The translations under genes and the position numbers were made by a program. Shown piece after piece: positions 10,559-21,538 of a stretch of DNA of 32,000 nucleotides. Positions within the stretch are counted from its first letter, which is position 1. Every line of letters begins with the position of its first letter. The notes below the pieces were generated by a model that saw nothing but the letters and a program-made list of their open reading frames with translations, was not told where the DNA came from and did not search any database. Location of the stretch: sequence record CAXMZZ020000009.1; one strand, written 5' to 3'.

Positions 10559-10966
10559 TTATTCTTTTACAATAAATTTTGTTTTAATCGGAAGTTTATA
10601 AGAAGCAATTCTCATTGCTTCTTTTGCAATTGGTAAGGGTACACCAGAAATTTCAAAAAGAATTTTTCCTGGTTTAACAACTGCAACCCAATAATCTACA
10701 GCACCTTTACCTGATCCCATTCTAGATTCAGCTGCACGTGCTGTAACTGGTTTATCAGGAAATACTGTAATCCAAAGTTTTCCACCACGACGTGTATATC
10801 TTGTGATTGTTCGTCGTGTAGCTTCGATTTGACGTGAAGTAATCCAAGTAGGTTCTAAAGCTTGTAATGCAAAATCTCCATAACTTATTTTATTTCCACG
10901 TAATGCTTTTCCTCTTAATCTACCACGGTGATCTTTTCTATACTTTGTTCGTTTTGGGCTTAGCAT
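10559..10966 (-). CDS. rpl16: 50S ribosomal protein L16
   Basis: 135 aa, [46 protein letters not shown]. Confidence 0.98.
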   Translation of the reverse strand: MLSPKRTKYRKDHRGRLRGKALRGNKISYGDFALQALEPTWITSRQIEATRRTITRYTRRGGKLWITVFPDKPVTARAAESRMGSGKGAVDYWVAVVKPGKILFEISGVPLPIAKEAMRIASYKLPIKTKFIVKE

Positions 10967-10981
10967 ATTACAATTAATTTT

Positions 10982-11638
10982 TTATTTTGTTAAGATTTCA
11001 CCTTTAAATAACCAAACGCGAATTCCTAAAATACCATAAATTGTTTGAGCAGTTTTTGCTGAATAATCAATATCTGCCCTTAATGTTTGTAATGGTACAC
11101 GTCCTTCTCTTAACCATTCTGTTCGAGCAATTTCAGCTCCATTTAATCTACCACCAACTTGTACTTTTATACCTTTTACATTTTCTTGTTGAGCTTTTTC
11201 AACAACACTTTTCATTGCTCTTCGAAATGGTACACGCATTTCTAATTGTTCTACTAAAATATCAGCTAATAAATCAGCTTCTTGATATGGATTAGTAATT
11301 TCAACAACATTTATTCTTAATTTTTGTTTTGGAAATTTTGTTGTAATCTTTTTATCTAAAATTGTTAATCCTGAACCTGATTCCCCAACAATAATACCTG
11401 GTAATGCGGTTCTAATTTCTAAATCAATATGATTACCTGCACTATTTCTATGAATTAAAATTTTAGAAATTCCAGTATGTTTAATAGATTTTTGTGCTAA
11501 AGAATTTAAAACAAGATTTCTAATTTCAAAATCTTCTTGAATTAAATTTGAATAATTATTTAAATTAGTATGCCAGGTTGAATAATAATTTTGTGTAATT
11601 CCTAACCTGAATCCCAATGGATGTGTTTTATGTCCCAC
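10982..11638 (-). CDS. rps3: 30S ribosomal protein S3
   Basis: 218 aa with [45 protein letters not shown] and GILGIRVW. Confidence 0.97.
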   Translation of the reverse strand: MGHKTHPLGFRLGITQNYYSTWHTNLNNYSNLIQEDFEIRNLVLNSLAQKSIKHTGISKILIHRNSAGNHIDLEIRTALPGIIVGESGSGLTILDKKITTKFPKQKLRINVVEITNPYQEADLLADILVEQLEMRVPFRRAMKSVVEKAQQENVKGIKVQVGGRLNGAEIARTEWLREGRVPLQTLRADIDYSAKTAQTIYGILGIRVWLFKGEILTK

Positions 11639-11680
11639 AATTTAATCCTTTAATTTATAAGTTTTGTAAATATATGTTAA

Positions 11681-12046
11681 TTAACTAGGATCTTCTACAA
11701 TTACTGTAATATGACAGGTTGGTTTACGAATTTGAAAACCTCGTCCTTGTGCTCTTGGTCTAAATCGTCTTAAAGTAGGACCTTGATCAGCAAAAGTTGT
11801 TTTTATTATTAAATTTTGTTTATTTAAACCAAGATTATTTTGTGCATTTGCAGCAGCTGAATTTAAAACTTGCCAAATTGGCCCACATGCGCGATAAGGC
11901 ATAAATTCAAGTAACATTAATGCTTCTTGATAAGAACGTCCTCTAATTTGGTCTAAAACTCTTCTAACTTTTGTTGGAGAAATTCTAATATATTTTCCAA
12001 CAGCTTTAGCTGTTCGTAATGTTTCTTCTTGTAATTCGTCGTTCAT
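11681..12046 (-). CDS. rpl22: 50S ribosomal protein L22
   Basis: 121 aa with [29 protein letters not shown] and RPRAQGR...[10 protein letters not shown]. Confidence 0.95.
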   Translation of the reverse strand: MNDELQEETLRTAKAVGKYIRISPTKVRRVLDQIRGRSYQEALMLLEFMPYRACGPIWQVLNSAAANAQNNLGLNKQNLIIKTTFADQGPTLRRFRPRAQGRGFQIRKPTCHITVIVEDPS

Positions 12047-12066
12047 AAAATGCCTATCTTTAATTT

Positions 12067-12345
12067 TTATCGTTTACTTTTTCTATCACTTTTTATATGT
12101 GATCGGAAATTTCTTGTTGGAACAAATTCACCTAATTTATAACCAATAATTTGCTCAGAAATAAAAATTGGAATATGATTTTTACCATTATGTACTGCAA
12201 TTGTATGACCAATCATTTCCGGAACAATTGTAGAAGCTCGTGACCATGTTTTTATTGTTTTCTTTTCACCACTTTCATTCATTTTTTCTATTTTTTCAAG
12301 TAAATGATATGCAATAAATGGTCCTTTATGAAGAGATCTTCCCAT
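12067..12345 (-). CDS. rps19: 30S ribosomal protein S19
   Basis: 92 aa, [10 protein letters not shown]......[32 protein letters not shown]...G.KLGEF.PTR.F..H. Confidence 0.98.
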   Translation of the reverse strand: MGRSLHKGPFIAYHLLEKIEKMNESGEKKTIKTWSRASTIVPEMIGHTIAVHNGKNHIPIFISEQIIGYKLGEFVPTRNFRSHIKSDRKSKR

Positions 12346-12391
12346 AATAATTTTTTTTTACAAAAGTTAATTAATTTTAAGATATAAATTT

Positions 12392-13219
12392 CTATTTTCT
12401 ACGACGTACAATAAAAATATCACTATATTTATTTTTTTTACGAGTTTTTACACCTAAAGCGGCTTTTCCCCATGGAGTATAAGGTTTAGTTCGTCCAATT
12501 GGTGCTCTTCCTTCACCACCACCATGAGGATGATCACATGGATTCATAACAGATCCTCGAACTGTAGGACGTATACCTAACCATCTTTTTCGTCCTGCTT
12601 TACCTAAAACTAAATTACTTACATCACGATTACCAACAATACCAATTGTTGCATAACAACTATTATTTACTAATCTAATTTCTTTTGAGGGTAAACGTAA
12701 AGTAACATAATTTCCTTCTTTAGCTAAAATTCGAGCAGAAGTTCCAGCAGCACGTACAATTTGACCACCTTTTTTTGGTATTAATTCAATATTATGAACA
12801 GATGTACCTAATGGAATATTTGATAAAGGTAAAGCATTACCTACTTGAATTTCAGCATTACTTCCGGATTCAATAATTGTTCCAATCTTCAGACCATCCG
12901 GCCATAAAATATAACGCTTTTCACCATTAAGATAATGAATCAAAGCTAACCAGGCATTTCGATTTGGATCATATTCAATTGAAAAAACTTTTCCTTTAAC
13001 ATTTGTGATATTTCTTTTAAAATCGATTATTCTATAAAGTTTTTTATGACCTCCACCACGATGACGAACTGTAATAATACCTCTATTATTACGTCCTTTC
13101 TTACGATGATTTTTAATTGTTAATTTTTTCTCCGGAATAGCTTTTGTAATTTCCTCAAAGCTTGAAACTACGGCATTTCGTCTCCCAGGAGTATAAGCTT
13201 TGCATATACGAATTGCCAT
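12392..13219 (-). CDS. rpl2: 50S ribosomal protein L2
   Basis: 275 aa with [20 protein letters not shown] and [29 protein letters not shown]. Confidence 0.99.
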   Translation of the reverse strand: MAIRICKAYTPGRRNAVVSSFEEITKAIPEKKLTIKNHRKKGRNNRGIITVRHRGGGHKKLYRIIDFKRNITNVKGKVFSIEYDPNRNAWLALIHYLNGEKRYILWPDGLKIGTIIESGSNAEIQVGNALPLSNIPLGTSVHNIELIPKKGGQIVRAAGTSARILAKEGNYVTLRLPSKEIRLVNNSCYATIGIVGNRDVSNLVLGKAGRKRWLGIRPTVRGSVMNPCDHPHGGGEGRAPIGRTKPYTPWGKAALGVKTRKKNKYSDIFIVRRRK

Positions 13220-13256
13220 AAACTTTTATCCTAAATTTATTAAATAATTTGTTAAA

Positions 13257-13559
13257 TTAATTTTCAGAAAATAAATTAATTGTGTTTCCAGGTGCTAATT
13301 TAACAATTGCTTTCTTATAATGTGGACGAGTACCACTATATTTTCCTACTCGACGTTTTTTTTGTGCCATATGACAAGTATTAACTTTAATAACTTTAAC
13401 GTTAAATAAAAATTCAATCGTTTCTTTTATTTCTTGTTTTCTTGCCTTAGGATCAACAATAAATGTATAACTATTATTTTCAAGTAAACGCGTTGCTTTA
13501 TCCGTAACAACTGGATATTTAATTAAGTCAATTTTTGAGTAAAAATTTACGTTAGACAT
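13257..13559 (-). CDS. rpl23: 50S ribosomal protein L23
   Basis: DLIKYPVVTDKATRLLENNSYTFIV....K.EIK..IE.LF.VKV..VNT is typical L23. I prefer the ATG at 13559 (MSNVNFYSK), which overlaps the rpl4 stop region by 8 nt. The ORF is open to 13574, so the start is uncertain. Confidence 0.92.
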   Translation of the reverse strand: MSNVNFYSKIDLIKYPVVTDKATRLLENNSYTFIVDPKARKQEIKETIEFLFNVKVIKVNTCHMAQKKRRVGKYSGTRPHYKKAIVKLAPGNTINLFSEN

Positions 13560-14217
13560 TATAAATCTCCTCAATCATTTTTACACTTTCTTTAACAATA
13601 CAAATTTTATCAGCTAATAATATTTGTTTAATGTTTAAATTTTTTGCATTTAGTACTACAATATTTTTTATATTTTTAGTTGCACGTAATAAATTTTCAT
13701 TTCGTTTATCAGTAATAATAACAATACGATTTTCTTCTAAAAATCCTAAATTTTTAATAAAAGTAGAAATAGTTTTAGTCTTAGAAGACTCAATTTCTAA
13801 ATTATTTATCATTACTATGTCAGTTTCTTTACTAGCTAATAATAGTCTTAGACTAAGACGCCATTCTTTACGATTAATTTTGGTCGAATAATTTTTAGGA
13901 CGTGGTCCAAATGTTACACCACCACCATTCCATAATGGAGAACGATTTGATCCAGCTCTTGCTCGACCAGTGCCTTTTTGACGCCATGGTTTTTTTCCAC
14001 CACCACGTACTTCAGCTCTTGTTTTTGTTTTAACACTACCTTGTCTTTCATTATTCCTTTGAGTTATAAAAGCTCGATGAATAATATATTTTGTTTTATC
14101 CGGAGTTGTTTTTGATTGAAAGTAAGATGGTACATTTAAATTTAGGCTAATATTATCACCTGTACTATCACCAGTTATTGTTTTAACTGGAAATATTAAT
14201 TCTTTTGTTATAGTCAT
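13552..14217 (-). CDS. rpl4: 50S ribosomal protein L4
   Basis: 221 aa with TKTRAEVRGGGKKPWRQKGTGRARAGS.RSPLW.GGGV.FGP.P. Confidence 0.97.
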   Translation of the reverse strand: MTITKELIFPVKTITGDSTGDNISLNLNVPSYFQSKTTPDKTKYIIHRAFITQRNNERQGSVKTKTRAEVRGGGKKPWRQKGTGRARAGSNRSPLWNGGGVTFGPRPKNYSTKINRKEWRLSLRLLLASKETDIVMINNLEIESSKTKTISTFIKNLGFLEENRIVIITDKRNENLLRATKNIKNIVVLNAKNLNIKQILLADKICIVKESVKMIEEIYNV

Positions 14218-14244
14218 ATATTTTTTAGCTTTTTCACTTAAAAG

Positions 14245-14868
14245 TTAATTAGAAGCAACAATATTTAATAAATTTCCAGGTTTTCCCGGTACATTTCCTT
14301 TAACTATTAAAAGATTTTGCTCGATATCAATACCCAAAATTTTAAGTTTAGAAATTGTAACTTGTTTAGAACCAAGTTGGCCGGGCATTTTTTTACCTGG
14401 AAAGACTCGCCCAGGTGTTGTTCCAGGACCTATAGACCCAGGAGCTCGATGATTTTTTGAACCATGACTCATAGGTCCACGTTTAAAATTATGTCTTTTT
14501 TGATTACCACTAAATCCTTTACCAATACTAATTCCTGTTACATTAACAAGTTGTCCTACTTCAAAATTTTCTACTGTTATAATTTGTCCAATTGTAAAAT
14601 CATCTAAATTATCCACTTTATACTCACCTAAATATTTCATAGGTGGTAGATCAGATTTTTTAAGATGGCCTAATTGTCCTTTTGTTAATTTTCTTTCGGG
14701 AACTTTTGAATACCCAATTTGAATAGCATTATAACCATTTTCGATTTCTCCTTTTAGTTGTGTTATAACACACGGACCGGTCAAAATTACTGTAACTGGA
14801 ATTGCTAAGCCTTCATCATCAAAGACTTGAGTCATTCCAATTTTATTCCCAAACATTGCAATAGCCAT
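14245..14868 (-). CDS. rpl3: 50S ribosomal protein L3 (first gene of the cluster)
   Basis: 207 aa with [11 protein letters not shown]...PVTV and [44 protein letters not shown] Shine-Dalgarno sequence lies about 8 nt upstream of the ATG. Confidence 0.98.
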   Translation of the reverse strand: MAIAMFGNKIGMTQVFDDEGLAIPVTVILTGPCVITQLKGEIENGYNAIQIGYSKVPERKLTKGQLGHLKKSDLPPMKYLGEYKVDNLDDFTIGQIITVENFEVGQLVNVTGISIGKGFSGNQKRHNFKRGPMSHGSKNHRAPGSIGPGTTPGRVFPGKKMPGQLGSKQVTISKLKILGIDIEQNLLIVKGNVPGKPGNLLNIVASN

Positions 14869-15099
14869 TATTTTGCTCCAGTCTTTATAGGTTAGCTTGA
14901 ATTTAATGTTTTGAATATTAATGAGTTTTATAGTTAAATTTTAATATATGCACATTATTATTTACTACTTAAGTCTTCTTAAAAATTATCTTAGATATAG
15001 TAATTTGTCTATACATTAAAAATAACCCTTTTATTAAATTTATTATAAAATTTAGATAATAAAAAAATTAGAAAATTTTATTGAATAATTCTATAACAC

Positions 15100-15129
15100 T
15101 TGCTTTTAGATATTAATTTCACTCATAAT
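15100..15129 (+). promoter_or_regulatory. Candidate sigma70-type (PEP) promoter for rpl33-rps18: TTGCTT - 18 nt - CATAAT
   Basis: Hexamers read directly at 15100-15105 and 15124-15129, 28 nt upstream of the rpl33 ATG. -10-like hexamers are frequent by chance in DNA this AT-rich, so support is weak. Confidence 0.25.
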
Positions 15130-15156
15130 ATTATAATAACAACTATTCTTAAAATT

Positions 15157-15351
15157 ATGGCAAAAAATAAAGGTGTTAGAATTTTAGTTACTCTTGAATG
15201 TACTGAATGTCACACAAATGTGAATAAAAGATCAGCAGGCATTTCAAGATATGCAACAACGAAAAACCGTAGAAATACTCCTAGTCGCTTAGAATTAAGA
15301 AAATTTTGTACTCATTGCAATAGACATACAATACATAAAGAAACAAAATAA
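15157..15351 (+). CDS. rpl33: 50S ribosomal protein L33
   Basis: [18 protein letters not shown]....[30 protein letters not shown] is canonical L33 (64 aa). The ORF-track start at 15100 is a TTG adding 19 non-homologous residues, so the ATG at 15157 is preferred. Confidence 0.95.
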   Translation: MAKNKGVRILVTLECTECHTNVNKRSAGISRYATTKNRRNTPSRLELRKFCTHCNRHTIHKETK

Positions 15352-15365
15352 GGATTAAATAAAAT

Positions 15366-15584
15366 ATGGCTTTACATCGACGTCGATCATCACCATTAAA
15401 ACCGACACAAATTATCGATTATAAGGATATTGATTTATTAAGATCATTTTTAACGGATCAAGGAAAAATTATGCCTCGTCGCTCAACAAATTTAACTTTA
15501 AAACAACAACGTCAATTATCTAAATCAGTTAAACGAGCACGTATTATAAATTTATTACCGTTTGTTACTAGAGATGAAGAATAA
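15366..15584 (+). CDS. rps18: 30S ribosomal protein S18
   Basis: 72 aa with [42 protein letters not shown]. An AAGGA Shine-Dalgarno sequence lies upstream. Confidence 0.96.
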   Translation: MALHRRRSSPLKPTQIIDYKDIDLLRSFLTDQGKIMPRRSTNLTLKQQRQLSKSVKRARIINLLPFVTRDEE

Positions 15585-15693
15585 ATCTCTTATTTTAAGA
15601 TTATAATAATCAAGACAATTGTATATATAATATATTTATGTGCTCGTTTACTTCTTATTATATTTATAAAGAAAACAGGATTTAGAAAACTGT

Positions 15694-16215
15694 ATGGCAC
15701 GATCACAAAGAAATGATAATTTTATTGATAAAACATTTACCATAATGGCTGATATAATATTAAAAGTCTTTCCAGCAAGTAAAGCTGAAAAACAAGCTTT
15801 TTTCTATTATAAAGATGGCATGTCTGCACAATCAGATGGTGAATATGCTGAAGCACTAGAGAATTATTATGAAGCATTGCAAATTGAAGAAGATCCTTAT
15901 GACCGAGGATTTATTCTTTATAATATTGGATTAATCTATTCAAGTAATGGTGAGTATGTTAAAGCATTAGAATATTATCATCAAGCACTTGAGTTAAATT
16001 CTAATTTACCGCAAGCATTAAATAATGTAGCCGTTATTTATCATTATCAAGGTGTAAAAGCTTCTGAAAAACAAAATTTAGAAGTAGCAAAATTATTGTT
16101 TGATAAAGCTGCAGAATATTGGAAACAAGCAATTAATTTAGCCCCTAATAATTATATTGAAGCTCAAAACTGGTTACGTACAACTGGAAGAATTTCAACT
16201 AGTAATTATTATTAA
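15694..16215 (+). CDS. ycf3: Photosystem I assembly protein Ycf3 (TPR protein)
   Basis: 173 aa. [15 protein letters not shown] and three TPR units ([26 protein letters not shown]..., [38 protein letters not shown]) match the highly conserved Ycf3. Confidence 0.96.
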   Translation: MARSQRNDNFIDKTFTIMADIILKVFPASKAEKQAFFYYKDGMSAQSDGEYAEALENYYEALQIEEDPYDRGFILYNIGLIYSSNGEYVKALEYYHQALELNSNLPQALNNVAVIYHYQGVKASEKQNLEVAKLLFDKAAEYWKQAINLAPNNYIEAQNWLRTTGRISTSNYY

Positions 16216-16417
16216 TTAAAATTAATAATTGAAACCCTATTTATCATTATTTTTATATGAAGTCTATTAAATTGCTATCATTTAACAAAAAATTTTTAAT
16301 AAAATTATTAACTTTTATTTAATTTTATATTGAGAAAAATATCTAAATATAGAAGAATAATAAAAAAAATTAAACAAGTAAAAATTTATTTAATTTTAAT
16401 AAATTACAAAGCATTAG

Positions 16418-17857
<1,440 letters not shown>

Positions 17858-17874
17858 GAATAGGATTAAATTTC

Positions 17875-18276
17875 ATGAGTTTAAATATTCGTGTAATTGC
17901 ACCAGATGGATTAATTTGGAATACACCAATTGATGAAGTTGTTTTACCTAGTACAACAGGTCAAGTTGGTATTTTAGAAGGCCATGCTCCACTAATAACA
18001 GCTCTTGAAATTGGTGTTTTAAGAATTAAAGTTGAGCAAATCTGGAAGCCAATTATTGCATTAGGTGGGTTTGCAACAATTAAAAATGATGAAGTAACTG
18101 TGTTAGTAAGTGGTATTGAAGAGGTAGTTAAAGAAAAATATGATGAAGCTCAAACAATATTAAGTAAAGCAACAGAAAATTTATCTTTAGCAAATACAAC
18201 AAAAGAAAAAATTGAAGCATCACAAAATTTGAAACGTGCTGTAGCTAGATTACAAGCTTACCAATTTTTAAATTAA
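17875..18276 (+). CDS. atpE: ATP synthase CF1 epsilon subunit
   Basis: 133 aa, L.I.VI.PD..IW...IDEVVLPSTTGQ.GIL.GHAPLITAL..GVLRI. Lies 17 nt downstream of atpB with its own AGGA Shine-Dalgarno sequence. Confidence 0.96.
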   Translation: MSLNIRVIAPDGLIWNTPIDEVVLPSTTGQVGILEGHAPLITALEIGVLRIKVEQIWKPIIALGGFATIKNDEVTVLVSGIEEVVKEKYDEAQTILSKATENLSLANTTKEKIEASQNLKRAVARLQAYQFLN

Positions 18277-18330
18277 AATTCTTAGATATTATTCACAATT
18301 AAATAAATTGTGAATAATATCTAAGAATTT
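18276..18330. terminator. Perfect 25-bp inverted repeat with 5-nt loop, immediately 3' of atpE
   Basis: Left arm 18276-18300 is AAATTCTTAGATATTATTCACAATT. Right arm 18306-18330 is its exact reverse complement. The left arm starts on the last base of the atpE stop codon. Probably a plastid-type mRNA 3'-end stem-loop. Confidence 0.7.
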
Positions 18331-18387
18331 TAAGTTTGATAATCTAAAGAATGATAATATTAAATTTTATGTAAAAATTCTAAGATT

Positions 18388-19134
18388 ATGGCACTATACA
18401 AATTTACAATGTCGCAATTAATTTCAATAGATGAAGATTCTGCAACCGAATTATTTTTTAATGAACATCTTGAGGAAATTAGACAAAGAATTTTTCAAAG
18501 TTTATTTATTTTAAGTCTAATTATTTTAATTGCTTTTCTTCAAATTAATCCTATTGTAAAAGTCCTATCTATTCCTGTTGCTAATGTAAAATTTTTTCAA
18601 TCTTCACCAGGTGAATATTTTGTCTCAACATTACGAGTTGCTTTTTATACAGGATTAATATTTAGTACACCACTTGTTCTTAGTCAATTTCTTTTTTTTG
18701 TTTTACCTGGCTTAAATAATCGTGAAAAAAAAATTACTTTAATTATTTTATTAAGTTCTGTTGTATTATTTTTGTTAGGTTTATTATTTTCCTATACAAT
18801 TTTAATACCTGCAGCATTACAATTTTTTTTAAATTATAGTGTAACTGTAATTGAACCATTATTATCTTTTGATGAATATTTTAGTTTTATTTCAGTTATG
18901 TTTTTTAGTACTGGAGTAGTTTTTCAAGTACCAATTATTCAAGTTATTTTAAGTTTAGCTAAAATAGTTGATAGTAATAAGATGTTTTCTATTTGGCGCT
19001 ATATGATTATCATATCAACAATTATTGGAGCTGTTTTAACACCATCTGCAGATCCTTTTACACAATTATTATTATCTAGTGCATTATTTTTATTATATTT
19101 AAGTGGATGTTTTGTTTCATCCGTTTTAACGTAA
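18388..19134 (+). CDS. tatC: Sec-independent (twin-arginine) translocase subunit TatC
   Basis: 248 aa, six predicted hydrophobic segments. Contains HLEEIRQRI near the N-terminus, then F.SSPGEYF, PGL...EKK and LTPSADPFTQ, all typical TatC/Ycf43 blocks. Confidence 0.9.
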   Translation: MALYKFTMSQLISIDEDSATELFFNEHLEEIRQRIFQSLFILSLIILIAFLQINPIVKVLSIPVANVKFFQSSPGEYFVSTLRVAFYTGLIFSTPLVLSQFLFFVLPGLNNREKKITLIILLSSVVLFLLGLLFSYTILIPAALQFFLNYSVTVIEPLLSFDEYFSFISVMFFSTGVVFQVPIIQVILSLAKIVDSNKMFSIWRYMIIISTIIGAVLTPSADPFTQLLLSSALFLLYLSGCFVSSVLT

Positions 19135-19259
19135 TATAATGTATGTTAATATTATAATTAGAGAGTATTTTTAATATTCAAAATAACTCTATTTCGTAAA
19201 TAAATTTAATCCTTTTATTAAGTTTTTATTAAAATTTATAAGATTAGTCGAATTTCAAA

Positions 19260-20225
19260 ATGAAAATATTGGTCAGTAAAGAAAAAATAATAAATGTAAT
19301 TAAGACAATAATTATTACATTTGTCCTTGTAAGTAGCAGTTTTACTTTTGGCATAGAAAAATCTGATGCATATCCTGTATATGCTCAACAAGCATATGCA
19401 AATCCACGTGAAGCAAATGGTAGAATAGCATGTGCAAATTGTCATTTAGCACAAAAACCTGTTGGAATTGAAGCACCTTCAGGTGTGTTACCTGATAGTG
19501 TTTTTGAGGCAGTAATTAAAGTACCTTATGATAAAAGTTCTAAACAAGTTTTATCAAATGGTCAGCTTGGTGGTTTAAATGTTGGTGCGGTTGTTGTCTT
19601 ACCAGAAGGTTTCAAATTAGCTCCTGCAAATAGACTAAACGCTGAACTTAAAGAAAAAACAAAAGGTGTTTTTATTTCACCTTATAGTTCAACACAAGAT
19701 AATATTCTTGTAGTAGGTCCAATTTTAGGAGATACACATCAAGAAATTGTTTTCCCGATATTATCACCTGATCCTGCTACGAATAAATCTATTCATTTTA
19801 TTAAATATCCAATATATGTTGGTGCAAATCGAGGCCGTGGCCAAATTTATCCAACTGGAGAAAAAAGTAATAATAGTACTGTCTTAGCCAATGCTAGTGG
19901 TCAAATTACAGAATTATCTAAATCTGATAAAGGTGAAACTTTTTTAACTATTGTTGATACAAATGGTAAAGAAGTAAAACAAACAATCCCGAAAGGATTA
20001 GTTACTATAGTATCAGAAAAAGATATTATTAAATCTGATCAAGTATTAACAAAAGATCCGAATGTTGGTGGTTTTGGACAAACAGATACTGAAATTGTAT
20101 TACAAAGTCCAGCGAGAATCTATGGTTTTATGGCCTTCACCCTTGCAGCTTTACTTACACAAATTTTATTAGTAATCAAGAAAAAACAATTTGAAAAAGT
20201 ACAAGCGGCAGAATTAAATTTCTAA
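19260..20225 (+). CDS. petA: Cytochrome f (apocytochrome f precursor)
   Basis: 321 aa. A signal peptide is followed by the mature N-terminus YPVYAQQAYANPREANGRIACANCHLA (CxxCH heme site) and a C-terminal membrane anchor. Confidence 0.98.
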   Translation: MKILVSKEKIINVIKTIIITFVLVSSSFTFGIEKSDAYPVYAQQAYANPREANGRIACANCHLAQKPVGIEAPSGVLPDSVFEAVIKVPYDKSSKQVLSNGQLGGLNVGAVVVLPEGFKLAPANRLNAELKEKTKGVFISPYSSTQDNILVVGPILGDTHQEIVFPILSPDPATNKSIHFIKYPIYVGANRGRGQIYPTGEKSNNSTVLANASGQITELSKSDKGETFLTIVDTNGKEVKQTIPKGLVTIVSEKDIIKSDQVLTKDPNVGGFGQTDTEIVLQSPARIYGFMAFTLAALLTQILLVIKKKQFEKVQAAELNF

Positions 20226-20230
20226 CCTAA

Positions 20231-20265
20231 TTTTATAGTCTTATAATAAATATAAGACTATAAAA
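20231..20265. terminator. Perfect 15-bp inverted repeat with 5-nt loop, 3' of petA, followed by a 16-nt palindrome at 20271-20286
   Basis: TTTTATAGTCTTATA / ATAAA / TATAAGACTATAAAA starts 6 nt after the petA stop. TTAGAAATATTTCTAA follows 5 nt later. Confidence 0.6.
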
Positions 20266-20301
20266 ATATGTTAGAAATATTTCTAAATAAAATTTATTAA
20301 C

Positions 20302-20330
20302 TTGACAAATAATGCATTAACGAATATAGT
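20302..20330 (+). promoter_or_regulatory. Candidate sigma70-type (PEP) promoter TTGACA - 17 nt - TATAGT upstream of trnT
   Basis: A consensus -35 (20302-20307) and a 5/6 -10 (20325-20330) at the optimal 17-nt spacing. It lies in the petA-trnT spacer about 135 nt upstream of trnT(UGU). A 6-bp hairpin TCCAAG-TATG-CTTGGA follows immediately. Confidence 0.4.
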
Positions 20331-20465
20331 CCAAGTATGCTTGGATTTGTATAAATTCTAAAATCAATATGTCAGGTTTAATATAAAAGCAGCATATTTT
20401 TACGTTTTTATTGGCAAATTCAAGTTTTAATTTTAAAAATAATATTGAATTTTTTTTAATAAAAA

Positions 20466-20538
20466 GCTGGCATAGCTCAATTGGTAGAGCAACTGATTTG
20501 TAATCAGTAGGTTGGGGGTTCAAGTCCCTTTGCCAGCT
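20466..20538 (+). tRNA. trnT: tRNA-Thr (anticodon UGU)
   Basis: Hand-folded cloverleaf. Acceptor GCTGGCA/TGCCAGC, D arm GCTC-AATTGGTA-GAGC, anticodon arm ACTGA-TTTGTAA-TCAGT, T arm GGGGG-TTCAAGT-CCCTT. 73 nt. Confidence 0.9.
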
Positions 20539-20604
20539 ATATACTTTTCTAAATTTTTTAAATAATAAAAATTTGAATACTGATCAATTTTTTTGGATAA
20601 AATA

Positions 20605-20676
20605 TGGACGATACTGGACTTGAACCAGTGACCCTCTGCTTGTAAGGCAGACGCTCTACCACTGAGCTAATCGTCC
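20605..20676 (-). tRNA. trnV: tRNA-Val (anticodon UAC)
   Basis: The reverse complement folds as GGACGAT-TA-GCTC-AGTGGTA-GAGC-G-TCTGC-CTTACAA-GCAGA-GGGTC-ACTGG-TTCAAGT-CCAGT-ATCGTCC-A. 72 nt. Confidence 0.92.
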
Positions 20677-20722
20677 TAACTTTTGATATTGAATAAATTT
20701 ATTAAATATTCATTTTTGATTT

Positions 20723-20752
20723 AGTTTAATGCCAAATTAAGATTTCTGTCAA
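20723..20752 (-). promoter_or_regulatory. Candidate promoter TTGACA - 18 nt - TAAACT upstream of trnV (minus strand)
   Basis: The minus strand reads TTGACA (20752-20747) and TAAACT (20728-20723). The -10 ends about 45 nt upstream of the trnV 5' end. The -10 match is weak (4/6). Confidence 0.25.
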
Positions 20753-20788
20753 GATAAAAACTTATTTTATAATTTGTATAATAAATAT

Positions 20789-20861
20789 TGGGTCCAGTAG
20801 GATTCGAACCTACATTAGAAACTTAGAAGGTTTCGGTCCTGATCCCTTAGACGATGAACCC
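20789..20861 (-). tRNA. trnR: tRNA-Arg (anticodon UCU)
   Basis: The reverse complement folds as GGGTTCA-TC-GTCT-AAGGGATCA-GGAC-C-GAAAC-CTTCTAA-GTTTC-TAAT-GTAGG-TTCGAAT-CCTAC-TGGACCC-A. 73 nt. Confidence 0.9.
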
Positions 20862-20988
20862 ATATTAAATTGTTATACATCTTAAGTATTGTGTTATTAT
20901 ATAATATATAGTTAAAATTTTAAAGAGTATAATTTATAAAAAAATTATAAAGTTAGAGATATCGTTATATTAAAATTAGGAAAATATT

Positions 20989-21159
20989 ATGGAAAATAAA
21001 TTTGAAAAAACAATTATAACTCCTAATAAACCTGGATTTAATACTTGGTCTGAAAAAATCAACGGGCGCATTGCTATGCTAGGATTTATAATTATTTTAA
21101 GTTTTGAAGCATTAACAAAACAAAAAGTTTTAGATTTAGTAACAATATTTATTAAATAG
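20989..21159 (+). CDS. ycf17: One-helix high-light-inducible protein (CAB/ELIP/HLIP family)
   Basis: Not in the ORF track (56 aa). Hand translation gives MENKFEKTIITPNKPGFNTWSEKINGRIAMLGFIIILSFEALTKQKVLDLVTIFIK. It contains the chlorophyll-binding helix motif E-x-x-N-G-R-x-A-M-x-G-F. An AGGAAA Shine-Dalgarno-like sequence lies about 8 nt upstream. Confidence 0.85.
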   Translation: MENKFEKTIITPNKPGFNTWSEKINGRIAMLGFIIILSFEALTKQKVLDLVTIFIK

Positions 21160-21465
21160 ATTCATATATATATGTTATGTATCTAAAACATAAATATTTA
21201 TTAAAAAAATAATTTTAAAAAGGATGTTAACAAAAACTATTATATTTATTGATTTTATAGTAATGATAAACTACTAAATATTACATTATTATAATTTAGC
21301 AATTATTATAATCAAAATTAATGAAAGTTAGAAAAATGTTTGGCAATTTTTAACTTATATATTTCCTAGTAATAGAGGGTTGAAACTTTTTCCTGATTAA
21401 ATATTTTTCAATTATGTTAATTCGCAAAAATAAAATTTTAAACTTGATTAGAGTTATTTTCAGAA

Positions 21466-21507
21466 AAAATATTATTATATAAAAAACTTTTTATATAATA
21501 ATATTTT
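21466..21507. repeat. Perfect 20-bp all-A/T hairpin with 2-nt loop, in the ycf17-trnN spacer
   Basis: Left arm 21466-21485 is AAAATATTATTATATAAAAA, the loop is AC, and right arm 21488-21507 is the exact reverse complement. It is flanked at a distance by complementary 9-mers TAATAGAGG (21370-21378) and CCTCTATTA (21510-21518). Confidence 0.6.
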
Positions 21508-21538
21508 GACCTCTATTAATAAACAAATCAATTTTCAA

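Noticed and set aside
11041-11295. 84-aa plus-strand ORF inside rps3.
   Set aside because: Antisense shadow ORF. The translation is L/F/Q-rich with no recognisable motif.
13631-13891. 86-aa plus-strand ORF inside rpl4.
   Set aside because: Antisense shadow ORF.
15100-15156. TTG-initiated 19-codon N-terminal extension of rpl33 given by the ORF track.
   Set aside because: The canonical L33 N-terminus MAKNKGVRI starts at ATG 15157. The upstream part has no homology and overlaps the likely promoter and leader.
19236-19445. 69-aa minus-strand ORF overlapping the petA 5' end.
   Set aside because: It is antisense to the petA signal peptide and heme-binding region. The sequence is Cys/Tyr/Ile-rich nonsense with no homology.
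20317-20523. 68-aa minus-strand ORF in the petA-trnT spacer.
   Set aside because: Its 5' part is simply the antisense of trnT(UGU) (20466-20538). The rest is AT-rich spacer, and there is no start context.
21234-21287. 17-codon hydrophobic ORF (MLTKTIIFIDFIVMINY) in the ycf17-trnN spacer next to an AAGGA.
   Set aside because: The AGGA overlaps the ATG, so there is no spacer for Shine-Dalgarno function. The peptide matches no small photosystem or cytochrome subunit that I know (psaM, petN, petL, psbT, ycf12 and so on).
21321-21353. 10-codon ORF MKVRKMFGNF in the long spacer, whose first codons resemble rpl36 ([11 protein letters not shown]...).
   Set aside because: The match is only about 15 nt of AT-rich sequence. 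It is too short to distinguish an rpl36 pseudogene fragment from chance, and an intact rpl36 exists at 5471-5587.
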